Part shown: piece after piece, positions 18,861-28,102 of the stretch
Numbering within the stretch: the stretch's first letter is position 1
Layout of the letters: the number at the start of each line of letters is the position of its first letter
DNA from: Pseudomonadota bacterium
GTDB lineage: Bacteria; Pseudomonadota; Alphaproteobacteria; Rhizobiales; Devosiaceae
DNA: 45,097 nt
Assembly (NCBI GenBank): GCA_023390785.1
Contig: JAEWCE010000011.1
Coordinates: forward strand, 1 to 45,097
Direction of reading: 5' to 3'
Made by a program: the position numbers and the translations under genes
The notes under the pieces: model-generated
Seen by the model: the letters and a program-made list of their open reading frames with translations, nothing else
Told to the model about the DNA's origin: nothing
The model's database searches: none

Positions 18861-19298
18861 CTACGGACCCTTGATCAGTCTTTCGCGTAGCGTGCTGCCG
18901 GTCGAATAGGCGACGTCGTCGATGCGCAGCCGCTGGTTCACGAAGCGCATCACCAGCTTGTCGGCGTACTGCGCCTTGTTGGGGTCGCGATAGCCGAAGG
19001 CGATGACGATCTCGGGTGCGTCCGCGGTTCCGCTCGCGCCAACCGGCATGCAGGTGTTGGCGTAGTCCGAGCTGCTCTGCCATGGGATCGTCGTGGCAGC
19101 ATCGGCACCGTCCGGCAGATGTTGAGCGACGAGCGCCGCGAGTTCCGGCGTGAGGATCGCCAGCACCGGCGCCATGTCGCCGCTGAGACGCGCCGCGCAG
19201 TAGATGTCGCCCACCTGGCTCGAGCTCAGGGACAGCGCCGGGGCAGGGCTGGCGGCGAGCGACAGTGCGGCGGTGACGAGCAGGACGGAAAGTTTCAT
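18861..19298 (-). CDS. Secreted hypothetical protein (DUF3828-like)
   Basis: Signal peptide MKLSVLL...ALS; C-terminal LRIDDVAY..GSTLRERL; two Cys. Confidence 0.65.
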   Translation of the reverse strand: MKLSVLLVTAALSLAASPAPALSLSSSQVGDIYCAARLSGDMAPVLAILTPELAALVAQHLPDGADAATTIPWQSSSDYANTCMPVGASGTADAPEIVIAFGYRDPNKAQYADKLVMRFVNQRLRIDDVAYSTGSTLRERLIKGP

Positions 19299-19354
19299 GC
19301 CGCTGGCATGCCACGCGCGGGGGCGGTTCGCACTTATTTCGCCCATTGGCCGAC

Positions 19355-19999
19355 TCAATCGGGCAGCACCCTGATCATGAGATCTCGGTAGGCGACGGGA
19401 TTGCCGTGGTCCTGCAGGTCGATGTGGCCGGTGGCGATGGACCCGTACTCCGGCCAGGCGGCGAACTTGCTCTGTGCCACGCGGTGTTTCCAGTCGGATG
19501 ATCCGAACTCATACTCGAGGACCTTCTGACCATTCAGCCAGTGTTCGACATGATCGCCATCGACGACGACGCGCGCTGCGTTCCATTCACCGACCGGCTT
19601 GGTGAAATCGGCGGAGGGCGCGTAGAGCCCATAGGCGCTCGCCGCCGATGTCAGCGGAGACTTGCCGTCGGGATGGCCGGAGTTGTCCAGAATCTGGTAT
19701 TCCGCGCCAGTCTGATAGGGCAGTTGGAAATCCTCGCTGCTGCGGTAGATCACGCCCGAATTGCCGTCGGCTGAAATGCGCCACTCGAACCGCAGCTCGA
19801 AATTGTGAAAGATCTCGACGCTGACGAGGTCGCCGCCGCCGGGCTGGTGCTCGATGGTGCCGTCCTTGATGACCCACTGCGAGGGGACGCCCTCGCCGCG
19901 CCAGGCACGCCACTCCGTCAGCGGCCGAAATCCTGCGTCTTGAGCAAGCGCCGGCGTGACGGTGAGCATGGCGATCAGCCCCGTGGTGGCAAGGCGCAT
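19355..19999 (-). CDS. DUF1080 / 3-keto-disaccharide hydrolase family protein, secreted
   Basis: GGGAGG RBS before ATG 19999; signal peptide; NFELRFEW, NSGV, EYQILD, GEWN, HWLNG, LQDHG. Confidence 0.88.
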   Translation of the reverse strand: MRLATTGLIAMLTVTPALAQDAGFRPLTEWRAWRGEGVPSQWVIKDGTIEHQPGGGDLVSVEIFHNFELRFEWRISADGNSGVIYRSSEDFQLPYQTGAEYQILDNSGHPDGKSPLTSAASAYGLYAPSADFTKPVGEWNAARVVVDGDHVEHWLNGQKVLEYEFGSSDWKHRVAQSKFAAWPEYGSIATGHIDLQDHGNPVAYRDLMIRVLPD

Positions 20000-20215
20000 C
20001 AGCTTGTCCTCCCAAAACCTCCTGCGAACGCACCGGTCGCTGCATAGGGGGAGGCACCCTCGGACTTTCCAATGTTGGTTATTGACGTGCGGAGGCGGTT
20101 CCTCGGAAGGGCGGCGGCCCGGACCTCTGCTTCTGGAATCGCAATGCTCAGTATTGCGCTCCCATCGCGCGGGCTCTGCCAGCATCAGAGCCTCTGGTGT
20201 GTCGAGGAGGAGAAG

Positions 20216-21136
20216 ATGCCGAGAATGTCTGTCGCGCTGGCCGCACTCGCGGTTGCGCTCCTCGCGGCGACGACGAGCATGGCTGCCGACAAGGTACAGA
20301 TTGGCACCGGTAAAGTGCTTCCGGAAAGTATGACCGCCAGCAGCGACGGCACGCTTTACGCGGGCAGTCTGGCCTTGGGACAAGTGTTCCGCGCCGCCCC
20401 GGGTGCACCCACCGCTGAGAAATTCATCGACAAGCCGGCTGACGGTCCGCAGGCGATCCTGGGCGTCTTCGCAGACGAGAAGGGAGGCACCCTGTGGGTC
20501 TGCTACTCCGATCTCGCGCTCTTTTCCGGCAAGGCCGGGATGAATTCGATCCTCCGCGTGTACGACCTCAAGTCTGGAGAAACCAGGGCTACCTATGACC
20601 TCGGCAGTGGCAGCCTGTGCAACGACGTGACCGTTGCCGCCGACGGTACGCACTTCATTGCCGACACGGCGGGTGGCCGCATCTTCCGGCTCAAGCCCGA
20701 CGCCACCACGATTGATACATGGAGCAGCGACTCGCAGCTTCAGGGGATCGACGGCATCGCCGTCGGTCCCGATGGGGCCGTCTATGCCAACAGCGTTACG
20801 CAGAACAAGCTGTTCCGCATCGACGTCGACGTCGATGGGGCGGCAGGGAGGGTCACTGAGCTGGCTCCGTCGCAGCCGCTCAAAGGCACCGACGGCATGC
20901 GATTCGGCGGCGACGGGATCCTCTATCTTGCCGAGAACGGAAACGGCCAGGTCGATGCCGTCACCATCAATGGCGACACGGCCGCCATCAGGCCCGTCGC
21001 CACCGGTCTCGACGGCCCGACGGCGCTCTCGAAGGTCGGCAACACGCTCTGGGTGCTGGAAGCGAGGATCAGCAAGATGGGGGACCCCAGCGAAGCCGGC
21101 CCATACTATATGATTCCCTTCGACCTCGGCGGCTGA
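20216..21136 (+). CDS. Secreted SMP-30/gluconolactonase-like beta-propeller protein
   Basis: GAGGAGG RBS; signal peptide; PES, CNDVTV, IDGI, TDGMR blade motifs. Confidence 0.8.
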   Translation: MPRMSVALAALAVALLAATTSMAADKVQIGTGKVLPESMTASSDGTLYAGSLALGQVFRAAPGAPTAEKFIDKPADGPQAILGVFADEKGGTLWVCYSDLALFSGKAGMNSILRVYDLKSGETRATYDLGSGSLCNDVTVAADGTHFIADTAGGRIFRLKPDATTIDTWSSDSQLQGIDGIAVGPDGAVYANSVTQNKLFRIDVDVDGAAGRVTELAPSQPLKGTDGMRFGGDGILYLAENGNGQVDAVTINGDTAAIRPVATGLDGPTALSKVGNTLWVLEARISKMGDPSEAGPYYMIPFDLGG

Positions 21137-21243
21137 GCCGGAACTTGCGACGGGATTGGTCAACCGGCGCGGGCAAGTCGTCTGGCGTCTCTCGCGAGGT
21201 GCCGAGCGGCATCAGGGGTCTTTCTTATCGGCGGCAAGAGTCG

Positions 21244-22566
21244 ATGTCCGGCCACGATGCGGGCCCCCTCCCATTCGGTTGGACCGAGCATGGCAATCGC
21301 TGGCTCATCCACGCCGAAACGCACGCTCGCCCCGTTCCGCCCCTGGCGGGGCCCGCGACCATCCGTCGTGTCGCGTTCATGAGTGCCGATCGCGGCCGAG
21401 ATTTGTCTCTGCTGCACCGGCAGATGGCGGAACTGGGCGGAGTTCCGGAGGACAGCCTTGGTGCGGCACGCCAGCTCGAGTTCGAGCACGGCGGCCACAA
21501 CGTCATCTGGGAGATGCACAACGAATTCGCGACGCTCACCTGGAGGTCGTTGCCGGGCGACAGCAGCCTCTGGCCCAATGGTATCGGACTCGAGCTTCTC
21601 GCCAATATTGCTCTGGTTTCGGCAATCCGCATCGACGTAATCGATGATGATACGGTCGATCCCGCTCGGTTGGCGCAACTGGCGGAGAACAGTCTCTGCT
21701 ATTCGGCCATCTACGCCGGGCAGGCGCGCATTGCGACCGACTTCGTTCCCGACGCCGACCGTTTCGTGTGCTTCGTCGTTGCAGCCCGCAGTTGCGGCGC
21801 GCAACGGCGCGGCGTGATCGTGCGCCGCCTGCTCGAGATCGAAACCTATCGCTGCTTCACGCTGCTGGGCCTGCCGGTGGCGCGCGATGTCGGTGGTCGG
21901 GTTCAGGGCAGTGAGCAAGCCCTGGCGACCATCATGACCGAAATAGGCGAAGGGTCGACACCGGAAGCGCACCAGGCGTCGCTCGAGGCATTGCATGCCC
22001 TCTCGGTTGAAGTGGGCCGGACGGTGGAACAGACGGCGTTCCGTTTCTCCGCCACGCACGCCTACGGCCAAATTCTCGCCGAGCGACTCGCGCGCCTTGG
22101 CGAGACACCGATCGGTGAAAGGACGACGATCCAGAGATTTCTCGACAACCGGGTGCAGCCGGCGCTCGCCACCTGTCGGGCGATGGAGAAACGGCTCACG
22201 GATCTCGGCACCAAGGTGCAGCGTTCGATCGAGCTGCTCGACGCAACGATCACAGTCTCAATTCAGACGCAAAATCAGGAGGTTCTGGACACTACTCTGC
22301 GCACGGCGCAAAGTCAGTATCGGTTACAGGAGACCGTTGAAGGGCTCTCCATTATCGCGATCTCTTATTACGCGCTCGGTATCTTGGGCTACATCGCCGA
22401 AGGGCTGCATGAAGTCTTGCCGGTCGATAAGCCTTTGCTTCTGAGCGTCCTCGCGCCGGTGGTCATTCTCGTCGTTTTTTTTGGCATTCGGCGGTTGCGC
22501 CGGTCTATACATGGCAGAGTGCGGTCTGGCGTCAGGAACGATGGTCTAGACGGCAACAGTGAATAG
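21244..22566 (+). CDS. DUF3422 family membrane-anchored protein
   Basis: ETHARP, WEMHNEF, RLLEIETYR, LQETVEGLSIIAISYY; two C-terminal TM segments. Confidence 0.88.
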   Translation: MSGHDAGPLPFGWTEHGNRWLIHAETHARPVPPLAGPATIRRVAFMSADRGRDLSLLHRQMAELGGVPEDSLGAARQLEFEHGGHNVIWEMHNEFATLTWRSLPGDSSLWPNGIGLELLANIALVSAIRIDVIDDDTVDPARLAQLAENSLCYSAIYAGQARIATDFVPDADRFVCFVVAARSCGAQRRGVIVRRLLEIETYRCFTLLGLPVARDVGGRVQGSEQALATIMTEIGEGSTPEAHQASLEALHALSVEVGRTVEQTAFRFSATHAYGQILAERLARLGETPIGERTTIQRFLDNRVQPALATCRAMEKRLTDLGTKVQRSIELLDATITVSIQTQNQEVLDTTLRTAQSQYRLQETVEGLSIIAISYYALGILGYIAEGLHEVLPVDKPLLLSVLAPVVILVVFFGIRRLRRSIHGRVRSGVRNDGLDGNSE

Positions 22567-22746
22567 CCGGGGTTCGGGCCACGGAAGCCGGCCCTTGCGG
22601 CCCATTCGCGTCGGGCCGCGATCAGTACCTGCTGATTCGCGGAGCTAACCCTACAGTGCGCCCCGCGCGACCCCGCGACAATTGTGACCTTGTATTGGTT
22701 TTTCCTATGAGATGTCGGTGGTATGACCTCTACGTAGGGCAGGGTC

Positions 22747-23757
22747 ATGGATATCACTCTCAAGCAGCTGCAGATTTTCCAAGCCGTCGTGGTCGCCGGA
22801 TCGATTACCAAAGCGTCGCGTCGTGTGGGCTTGTCACAACCGTCGATTTCGCAGCAGTTGGGTAAGCTCGAGGAGAAGCTTGGCGCACAACTGATCGCGC
22901 GGAACCGTACGGGAATTATCAGCCTTACGCCCCCGGGCGAGTATTGGTTCAAATTCTCCGAAGAGATTCTTCGCCGACTGGATCAGGCCGTTAGCGAGCA
23001 TGAGCGGCGCTTCGTCGACAATGCGGTGACGCTGCGGATGGGCGCGCCGCCGACGCTTCGCGGCCCGTTCATCGCTGCGGCAGCGCGAATCGCCTCGACC
23101 ACACCGGGCTTTGCCAAATTCGACTTGCGCTTTGCCCTGACCAGCGGCGAGTTGATCGAGCAGTTGCGCCTGCACCAGCTCAACTGCGTCATCGTGAACG
23201 AGGATGCGATCGCTGACGACCGTAGCTCCTTCGCGGTCAGTGACCTGTTCGTCGAGCCGGTGGTCTGGGCCGTCTCGAGATCGGTTTCTGACAGCGAAAT
23301 AATGCGCGCGCTCACGCCGGCAAATTCGCCGCGAGCCTTGTGCGGTGCCTTGGCACACTATGTCGAGATTGACACCAATGTGCCTTTGCGCAGCCAATCC
23401 GAGGAGTGGTATCGCCACCACCTACCCGCGGCGACGCCGACCTTCTCGACCATGACGTACGCGGCGGCGATCGACCTCGTGGCTGCGGGACTGGCGACGA
23501 CCCACTGCCCGTTGTCGCTGTTACCGGGCCTTCCTGAAACCGTCTCGCGGGACGTCCGCTACTTCCTGCTCGATGGCCTTTCTCGCCGTATCGTTTTGGC
23601 GATGCCCAAGCACCTGTTGTCGCTGGGCAGCTACGCCAACATCTTCAACAAGCTCGTCTCTTATGCTCGCGACGAGTACCGCCAGGACACGCTCCTCGAG
23701 CTCACCGAGAAACTTCCCCGGCCCGGGCAGGTCATCGAGATGCCGCGCCGCGCCTGA
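22747..23757 (+). CDS. LysR family transcriptional regulator
   Basis: LKQLQIF..V..GSITKAS..VGLSQPSISQQL.KLEEKLG. Confidence 0.93.
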   Translation: MDITLKQLQIFQAVVVAGSITKASRRVGLSQPSISQQLGKLEEKLGAQLIARNRTGIISLTPPGEYWFKFSEEILRRLDQAVSEHERRFVDNAVTLRMGAPPTLRGPFIAAAARIASTTPGFAKFDLRFALTSGELIEQLRLHQLNCVIVNEDAIADDRSSFAVSDLFVEPVVWAVSRSVSDSEIMRALTPANSPRALCGALAHYVEIDTNVPLRSQSEEWYRHHLPAATPTFSTMTYAAAIDLVAAGLATTHCPLSLLPGLPETVSRDVRYFLLDGLSRRIVLAMPKHLLSLGSYANIFNKLVSYARDEYRQDTLLELTEKLPRPGQVIEMPRRA

Positions 23758-23937
23758 GGCGCTGAATCGCCCAGGAACCAACCCACGGAAAAGCCAATGG
23801 CCTTCATTGGTGTTCCAACGTTGACCGCCGAAAAATCACGCTGCTAGCTTCCGTCCAGGGTCGCGATCATGTCGGCGACCAATGCGCAATCACCAATGAC
23901 AGCTGGCCGCCTTATGCCGCGGCCGCGCGGGGGAATA

Positions 23938-24558
23938 ATGGTACAGACTGAGGCGGCAGGCACGGCAAGAACGACGCGTGGCGGCGCAGGGATACTGGTA
24001 TGGATCTTCGACGTCCTGCTCGTCGCGGCCGCTGCTTTCATGGTCTACTCATGGTTTCAGCCCTGGTGGAGTGGAGACTTCGCCGTCATCCCCGGCGATA
24101 TGGACATGGTGCTCCATCCCTGGGGCGTCGAAACGGCGTCCCAGGTGCGGACGAACGTCGATGAGGCGCTCTACTCCATGCCTTTCCCCGAGCTCTTTGC
24201 CGGCTTCATGTGGGTCTATCTCGTGGTCTGCATGCTGGGCCTCGCTGCCACCTTCTTCGTGACGAAGCGGTTCCACCTTGGCCCGATACCGGTGTCGGTT
24301 CCCGTGCTCATCATTCTGCTCGTCGGCATTTCTTATGCGGCCGCGGCAGGAATTGCCTATGAGATCGGTTGGCTCAAAGCCGGAGTGACGGGAGCCAAGT
24401 TCATCGGGAAATCGACCGTCCTCGAACCCGCGACGGGCGCCAAGGTGAGGATGGTGTCGCAATTGGAAGTCGGATTCTGGCTCGCGATCGCTGCCGGCGG
24501 TGTCCTGACATTCCTCGGTCTGGTGCGGCCCTTGTTTGTCCGCAAGCCAAAGGTCTGA
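23938..24558 (+). CDS. Hypothetical membrane protein (about 4 TM)
   Basis: GGGGA RBS; four hydrophobic segments; no family recognised. Confidence 0.7.
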   Translation: MVQTEAAGTARTTRGGAGILVWIFDVLLVAAAAFMVYSWFQPWWSGDFAVIPGDMDMVLHPWGVETASQVRTNVDEALYSMPFPELFAGFMWVYLVVCMLGLAATFFVTKRFHLGPIPVSVPVLIILLVGISYAAAAGIAYEIGWLKAGVTGAKFIGKSTVLEPATGAKVRMVSQLEVGFWLAIAAGGVLTFLGLVRPLFVRKPKV

Positions 24559-24683
24559 GACGAGGGCCGTCCTGGCAACATTCTCGTCGTCGCGGAGACG
24601 GCACGTCATAAAATATGTAGAACAACGCTCGGGCGCATCGCGAATTCGCGGCGCGCCCTGATCGTTTGCGGCTCTCGTTCCGC

Positions 24684-24699
24684 TTGGCCATGTGCTTGC
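24684..24699 (+). promoter_or_regulatory. Candidate sigma54 (-24/-12) promoter upstream of the PQQ dehydrogenase
   Basis: TTGGCCATGTGCTTGC, GG-N10-GC spacing, about 200 nt before the ATG. Confidence 0.3.
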
Positions 24700-24899
24700 G
24701 CCCTGTGAGCAGCCTGCTCGGTCGCCACCTGGCGCCGCCCACACAGTCAGCACGAACTGCGAGACCCCCGTGGTGCGCATGCGCGCGATGGACTTTGGAT
24801 GTTCCTATATTGAGGATTGGACCTGCTGGAGCCATTGGGTGCGAACGTTCCTGAGAACGGATGTGTGTGTAGCATCGTTCTCTCTCAGGAGGAGCTTCA

Positions 24900-26642
24900 A
24901 TGAGAATGGGGAAATTGCTGGCTGGGGTCTGCGTGACAGCCCTGGCTTTGGGTGGGGCAACGGCTTGGGCGGACGAAGTTACGCCCGAACGGCTGCTGAA
25001 CGCGGGCACTGATGCCGAAGCCGGCAACTGGCTTATGGTGGGCAAGACCTACAATTCGAACCGGTTTTCGACGCTGAACGACATCAACGCCAGCAATGTC
25101 GCCGGCCTGCACGTGGTTACGGCAGCGCCCATCGGTGGCACGGAGCCCGGTGGCTTCGGCGTGGGTGCGGTCGAAACGACGCCCCTGGCCGACAATGGCT
25201 TCCTGTATGTGTCGGACCCGTGGGGCACGCCCTACAAGTTTGACGTGTCGGACGGCAAGACCGCGAAACTGGTTTGGACCTGCGACACCGGCGTCGACAA
25301 AGACCCCTCGACCGGCCTCCTGATCACCCACCGCGGTCTCGCCCTCGCGGGCAATAAGGTCATTGCGGGGCTCTTCAACGGCCACGTGGTTGCTTGCGAC
25401 AGCGAAACCGGTGACGTGGTCTGGGACAAGCAGGTCGGCAAGGAAGGCGAGGGATTCATCGCCGCGCCGCTGGTCGTTGGCGACAAGGTACTTGTCAGCC
25501 AGTCATACGGTGACTGGGCAACGCGTGGCTATGTCGCCGCGCTGAAAGCGGACAGCGGCGACGAGGTGTGGCGCTGGTACGCGGTGCCCGATCCCGGGAA
25601 GCCGGGTTCGGAAACCTGGAAGTGCGACGACGCAGGCAACAGTGATTGCTGGAAGACCGGTGGCGGCGGCATGTGGGTCACGGGCTCCTATGACCCCGAC
25701 TCCAAGACCGTCTATTGGGGCACGGGCAATCCGGTGCCGATGTTCGACCCCGAGTATCGCCCGGGCGACAACCTCTATACCGACTCGAGCGTCGCGCTCG
25801 ATGCCGACACCGGCAACCTGAAATGGTACTTCCAGTACACGCCGGGCGACTATCACGACTACGACGAGGTCGGGCCCCAGCTGCTGATCGACACCAAGGT
25901 CAACGGCGAGGATCGCAAGGTCTTGGCGCACTTTGGCCGAAACGGCATCTTCTATGACCTCGACCGCACCAACGGCGCGTATATCCAGTCCGCCCAGTAT
26001 GTCGGCAAGCTGACCTGGACCAAGGGCATCGACCCGAAGACTGGCAAGCCGCTGGAATATGATCCGAGCAAGACGCTGCAGACCTATGCGGAAGGCAAGA
26101 TCGACCGCGCCGGGGCGAAGGCGACGACCTGCCCGAACCTCCAGGGTGGTACGAACTTCTTCCCGACGGGCTACAACCCGACGCTGGGCATCGCCTATGC
26201 GGTGGGCATCGAAGGCTGCTCGGACATCGCGGTGAAGACCGTGGCTCCGGCGGACGTACATCCTGGCCAGATCTTCCAGGGCGGCACTGGCGTGAACAAC
26301 GGCGTGCAGACCGGCACGATCACCGCTGTCGACGCGGCGACGGGCAAGTCGCTGGCGCAGCAGCCGACGCCGTTCCCCATGTACAGCGGGGTCATGGCCA
26401 CGCCTGACCTGCTGTGGGCGGGCTCGCTCGACGGAACCTTCGCGGCCTATGACGCCAAGACCCTCGAAGTGAAGTGGTCGATGAACGTGGGCACTGCCTT
26501 CCAGGGCTCGCCCATCGCCTTCAACGCGGGTGGCAAGGAATACATTGCCATCGTAGGCGGCGGCCCGGGCCTGGCGACCTTTGGTCATCCGGAGCTCGAG
26601 AGCAAGTCGACCGCCAACGTCCTGTGGGTCTTCGGCCTCTAA
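24900..26642 (+). CDS. Periplasmic PQQ-dependent dehydrogenase (methanol/ethanol dehydrogenase superfamily), probably lanthanide-binding, atypical active site
   Basis: AGGAGG RBS; signal peptide; NWL..G.TY...RFSTL..IN..NV, VETTP, GGGMW, WGTGNP, GDNLYT, TPGDYHDYDE, GRNG, CP...GG, GKEYIAI. Confidence 0.93.
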   Translation: MRMGKLLAGVCVTALALGGATAWADEVTPERLLNAGTDAEAGNWLMVGKTYNSNRFSTLNDINASNVAGLHVVTAAPIGGTEPGGFGVGAVETTPLADNGFLYVSDPWGTPYKFDVSDGKTAKLVWTCDTGVDKDPSTGLLITHRGLALAGNKVIAGLFNGHVVACDSETGDVVWDKQVGKEGEGFIAAPLVVGDKVLVSQSYGDWATRGYVAALKADSGDEVWRWYAVPDPGKPGSETWKCDDAGNSDCWKTGGGGMWVTGSYDPDSKTVYWGTGNPVPMFDPEYRPGDNLYTDSSVALDADTGNLKWYFQYTPGDYHDYDEVGPQLLIDTKVNGEDRKVLAHFGRNGIFYDLDRTNGAYIQSAQYVGKLTWTKGIDPKTGKPLEYDPSKTLQTYAEGKIDRAGAKATTCPNLQGGTNFFPTGYNPTLGIAYAVGIEGCSDIAVKTVAPADVHPGQIFQGGTGVNNGVQTGTITAVDAATGKSLAQQPTPFPMYSGVMATPDLLWAGSLDGTFAAYDAKTLEVKWSMNVGTAFQGSPIAFNAGGKEYIAIVGGGPGLATFGHPELESKSTANVLWVFGL

Positions 26643-26657
26643 ATCACACGAAGCTTA

Positions 26658-26683
26658 GGCCAGGCAGGTCAATCTGCCTGGCC
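26658..26683 (+). terminator. GC-rich hairpin after the dehydrogenase (terminator or mRNA-stabilising)
   Basis: GGCCAGGCAG-GTCAAT-CTGCCTGGCC, perfect 10-bp stem, no U-tract. Confidence 0.5.
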
Positions 26684-26762
26684 GTCGCATGCTGGCCAGC
26701 ACCGACCGCGTTCTTTCGCCGTTCCGTAGAAGCTGGCCGCCTTCCGGGATCCCGAGGATCTG

Positions 26763-27293
26763 TTGCTCCAAGCCCTGAAAATAGCGGCGATCGTGGTCCC
26801 GTCCATGTTGTGCCTGAGCACTGGCGTGTTCGCCGAATTCATCGCGACGCCGGACTTCACGCACGGCGATGCGGAAAGAGGCCAGCGGGTCTATCAGCGC
26901 GTCGGCCTATGCGTGAACTGCCACGGTTGGCCGGGAGACGGCCAGACCGGACTCAATCCGATGGTCCACGTCGCTGGGGCCAATCTGCGGGAGACCAAGC
27001 TGGACGAGCAGGGTCTCTTCGACATCATCCGTTGCGGCATTCCGGGCTCGCAGATGCCCTATCACGATCAGGCCAGCTACAAGGACGACCGGTGCAACGG
27101 CCTGTTGATGTCCGATTTCGCGCCCGGTCAGCGGCCGATCAGGGGCAAGACTTTCAGCGAAGCCCAACTGATCGATCTCGTCGCCTATCTCGAAAAGTAC
27201 GTTGTCGGCCATGGCAAGCCCACATACGAAGACTGCGTGCTCTACTTCGGCAGTTCTGCCGACAAGTCCTGCTCCTACCTCAAGGGCGAATGA
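26763..27293 (+). CDS. Periplasmic monoheme c-type cytochrome
   Basis: Signal peptide; GDAERGQRVY, CVNCH heme motif, PGSQMP (axial Met candidate). Confidence 0.88.
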   Translation: MLQALKIAAIVVPSMLCLSTGVFAEFIATPDFTHGDAERGQRVYQRVGLCVNCHGWPGDGQTGLNPMVHVAGANLRETKLDEQGLFDIIRCGIPGSQMPYHDQASYKDDRCNGLLMSDFAPGQRPIRGKTFSEAQLIDLVAYLEKYVVGHGKPTYEDCVLYFGSSADKSCSYLKGE

Positions 27294-28102
27294 TGCAGGG
27301 GCGAGGTGGACAATGGGCTTTGAGAGTACCGGCAATGGTGCTCCTGATGTTGACGGGGCTCACCGGCGGTCCGGTGGCCCAGGAAGCCGCCAGCGCGGCG
27401 CCGCCGGACGCCGGTGACGAGGCAGGGGCGTATCTCAGTGTCGAGCCTGCCTTCACCATCTGGGATGTGCCGCTCGGAAAGGCCGTCAGCGCCGTGCCCG
27501 ACAGCGACGCCGCGATCATCGCCTGCGGCACCAATGGCGGCCCGATTTCGATAAAACTCAAGAGCTTCGCCGACTGGGCGCAATGCACGCCCGAGGCGTC
27601 CGGACTGCGCGAGGTGGTCTTCACCTATGACGACGAGCAGGACTACATCGCTCGTGCATTGGAGCTTGAATTCCGTGCCCTCGCTGGAGGCACCTCGGTC
27701 TATGCCCACCCCGTCGTCGTCTCGATCCTCGTCGACGACAAGGGCATATCCCAGGGCATCCGGATCGTGACCGACGATCACGCCAGCGACCACGACCGAC
27801 GTGGCGCCGTGTACCTGGCCCAGAATTTCCGGGGTCAGTTCGCCTCTTGGAGTCTCCAATGCCAGGACATTCCGATGCGGGAAGGCGAACAGCCGGTCGG
27901 CAACCAGTTCACGCATCAGCGCTGCACCGGCACCAATCCGGACGGCAGCGGCCAAAGGCTGCTGATCGAGGCGAGCTATCTGCGCAAGAAGGGCCAGGAA
28001 GCGCTGAGCATCGACACCCGGCAGGTCAACAAGGGATACTACGAGTCCAGGACCAGGTTTGAACTGGTGAATTCGCCCTATTTGCCGTCCGAGGGTCCCT
28101 GA
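27290..28102 (+). CDS. Secreted hypothetical protein, translationally coupled to the cytochrome
   Basis: ATGA overlap; signal-like N-terminus; four Cys; ACGTNGGP and FTYDDEQDY motifs. Confidence 0.75.
   Translation: MMQGRGGQWALRVPAMVLLMLTGLTGGPVAQEAASAAPPDAGDEAGAYLSVEPAFTIWDVPLGKAVSAVPDSDAAIIACGTNGGPISIKLKSFADWAQCTPEASGLREVVFTYDDEQDYIARALELEFRALAGGTSVYAHPVVVSILVDDKGISQGIRIVTDDHASDHDRRGAVYLAQNFRGQFASWSLQCQDIPMREGEQPVGNQFTHQRCTGTNPDGSGQRLLIEASYLRKKGQEALSIDTRQVNKGYYESRTRFELVNSPYLPSEGP

Noticed and set aside
20000..21163. Apparent 602-aa ORF (19355-21163) suggesting a DUF1080 fusion
   Set aside because: The upstream part is antisense to the SMP-30-like gene; the real start at 19999 has an RBS and signal peptide
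24900..26642. Calling the dehydrogenase xoxF, mxaF, pedH/exaF or the Devosia DON dehydrogenase DepA
   Set aside because: It lacks the Cys-Cys pair and Glu ligand of XoxF, MxaF and PedH, and its motifs differ from DepA as I recall them; no symbol assigned
26474..27289. N-terminal extension of the 542-aa ORF 26474-28102
   Set aside because: Overlaps the dehydrogenase and cytochrome genes in another frame; the ATGA-coupled start at 27290 gives a signal peptide
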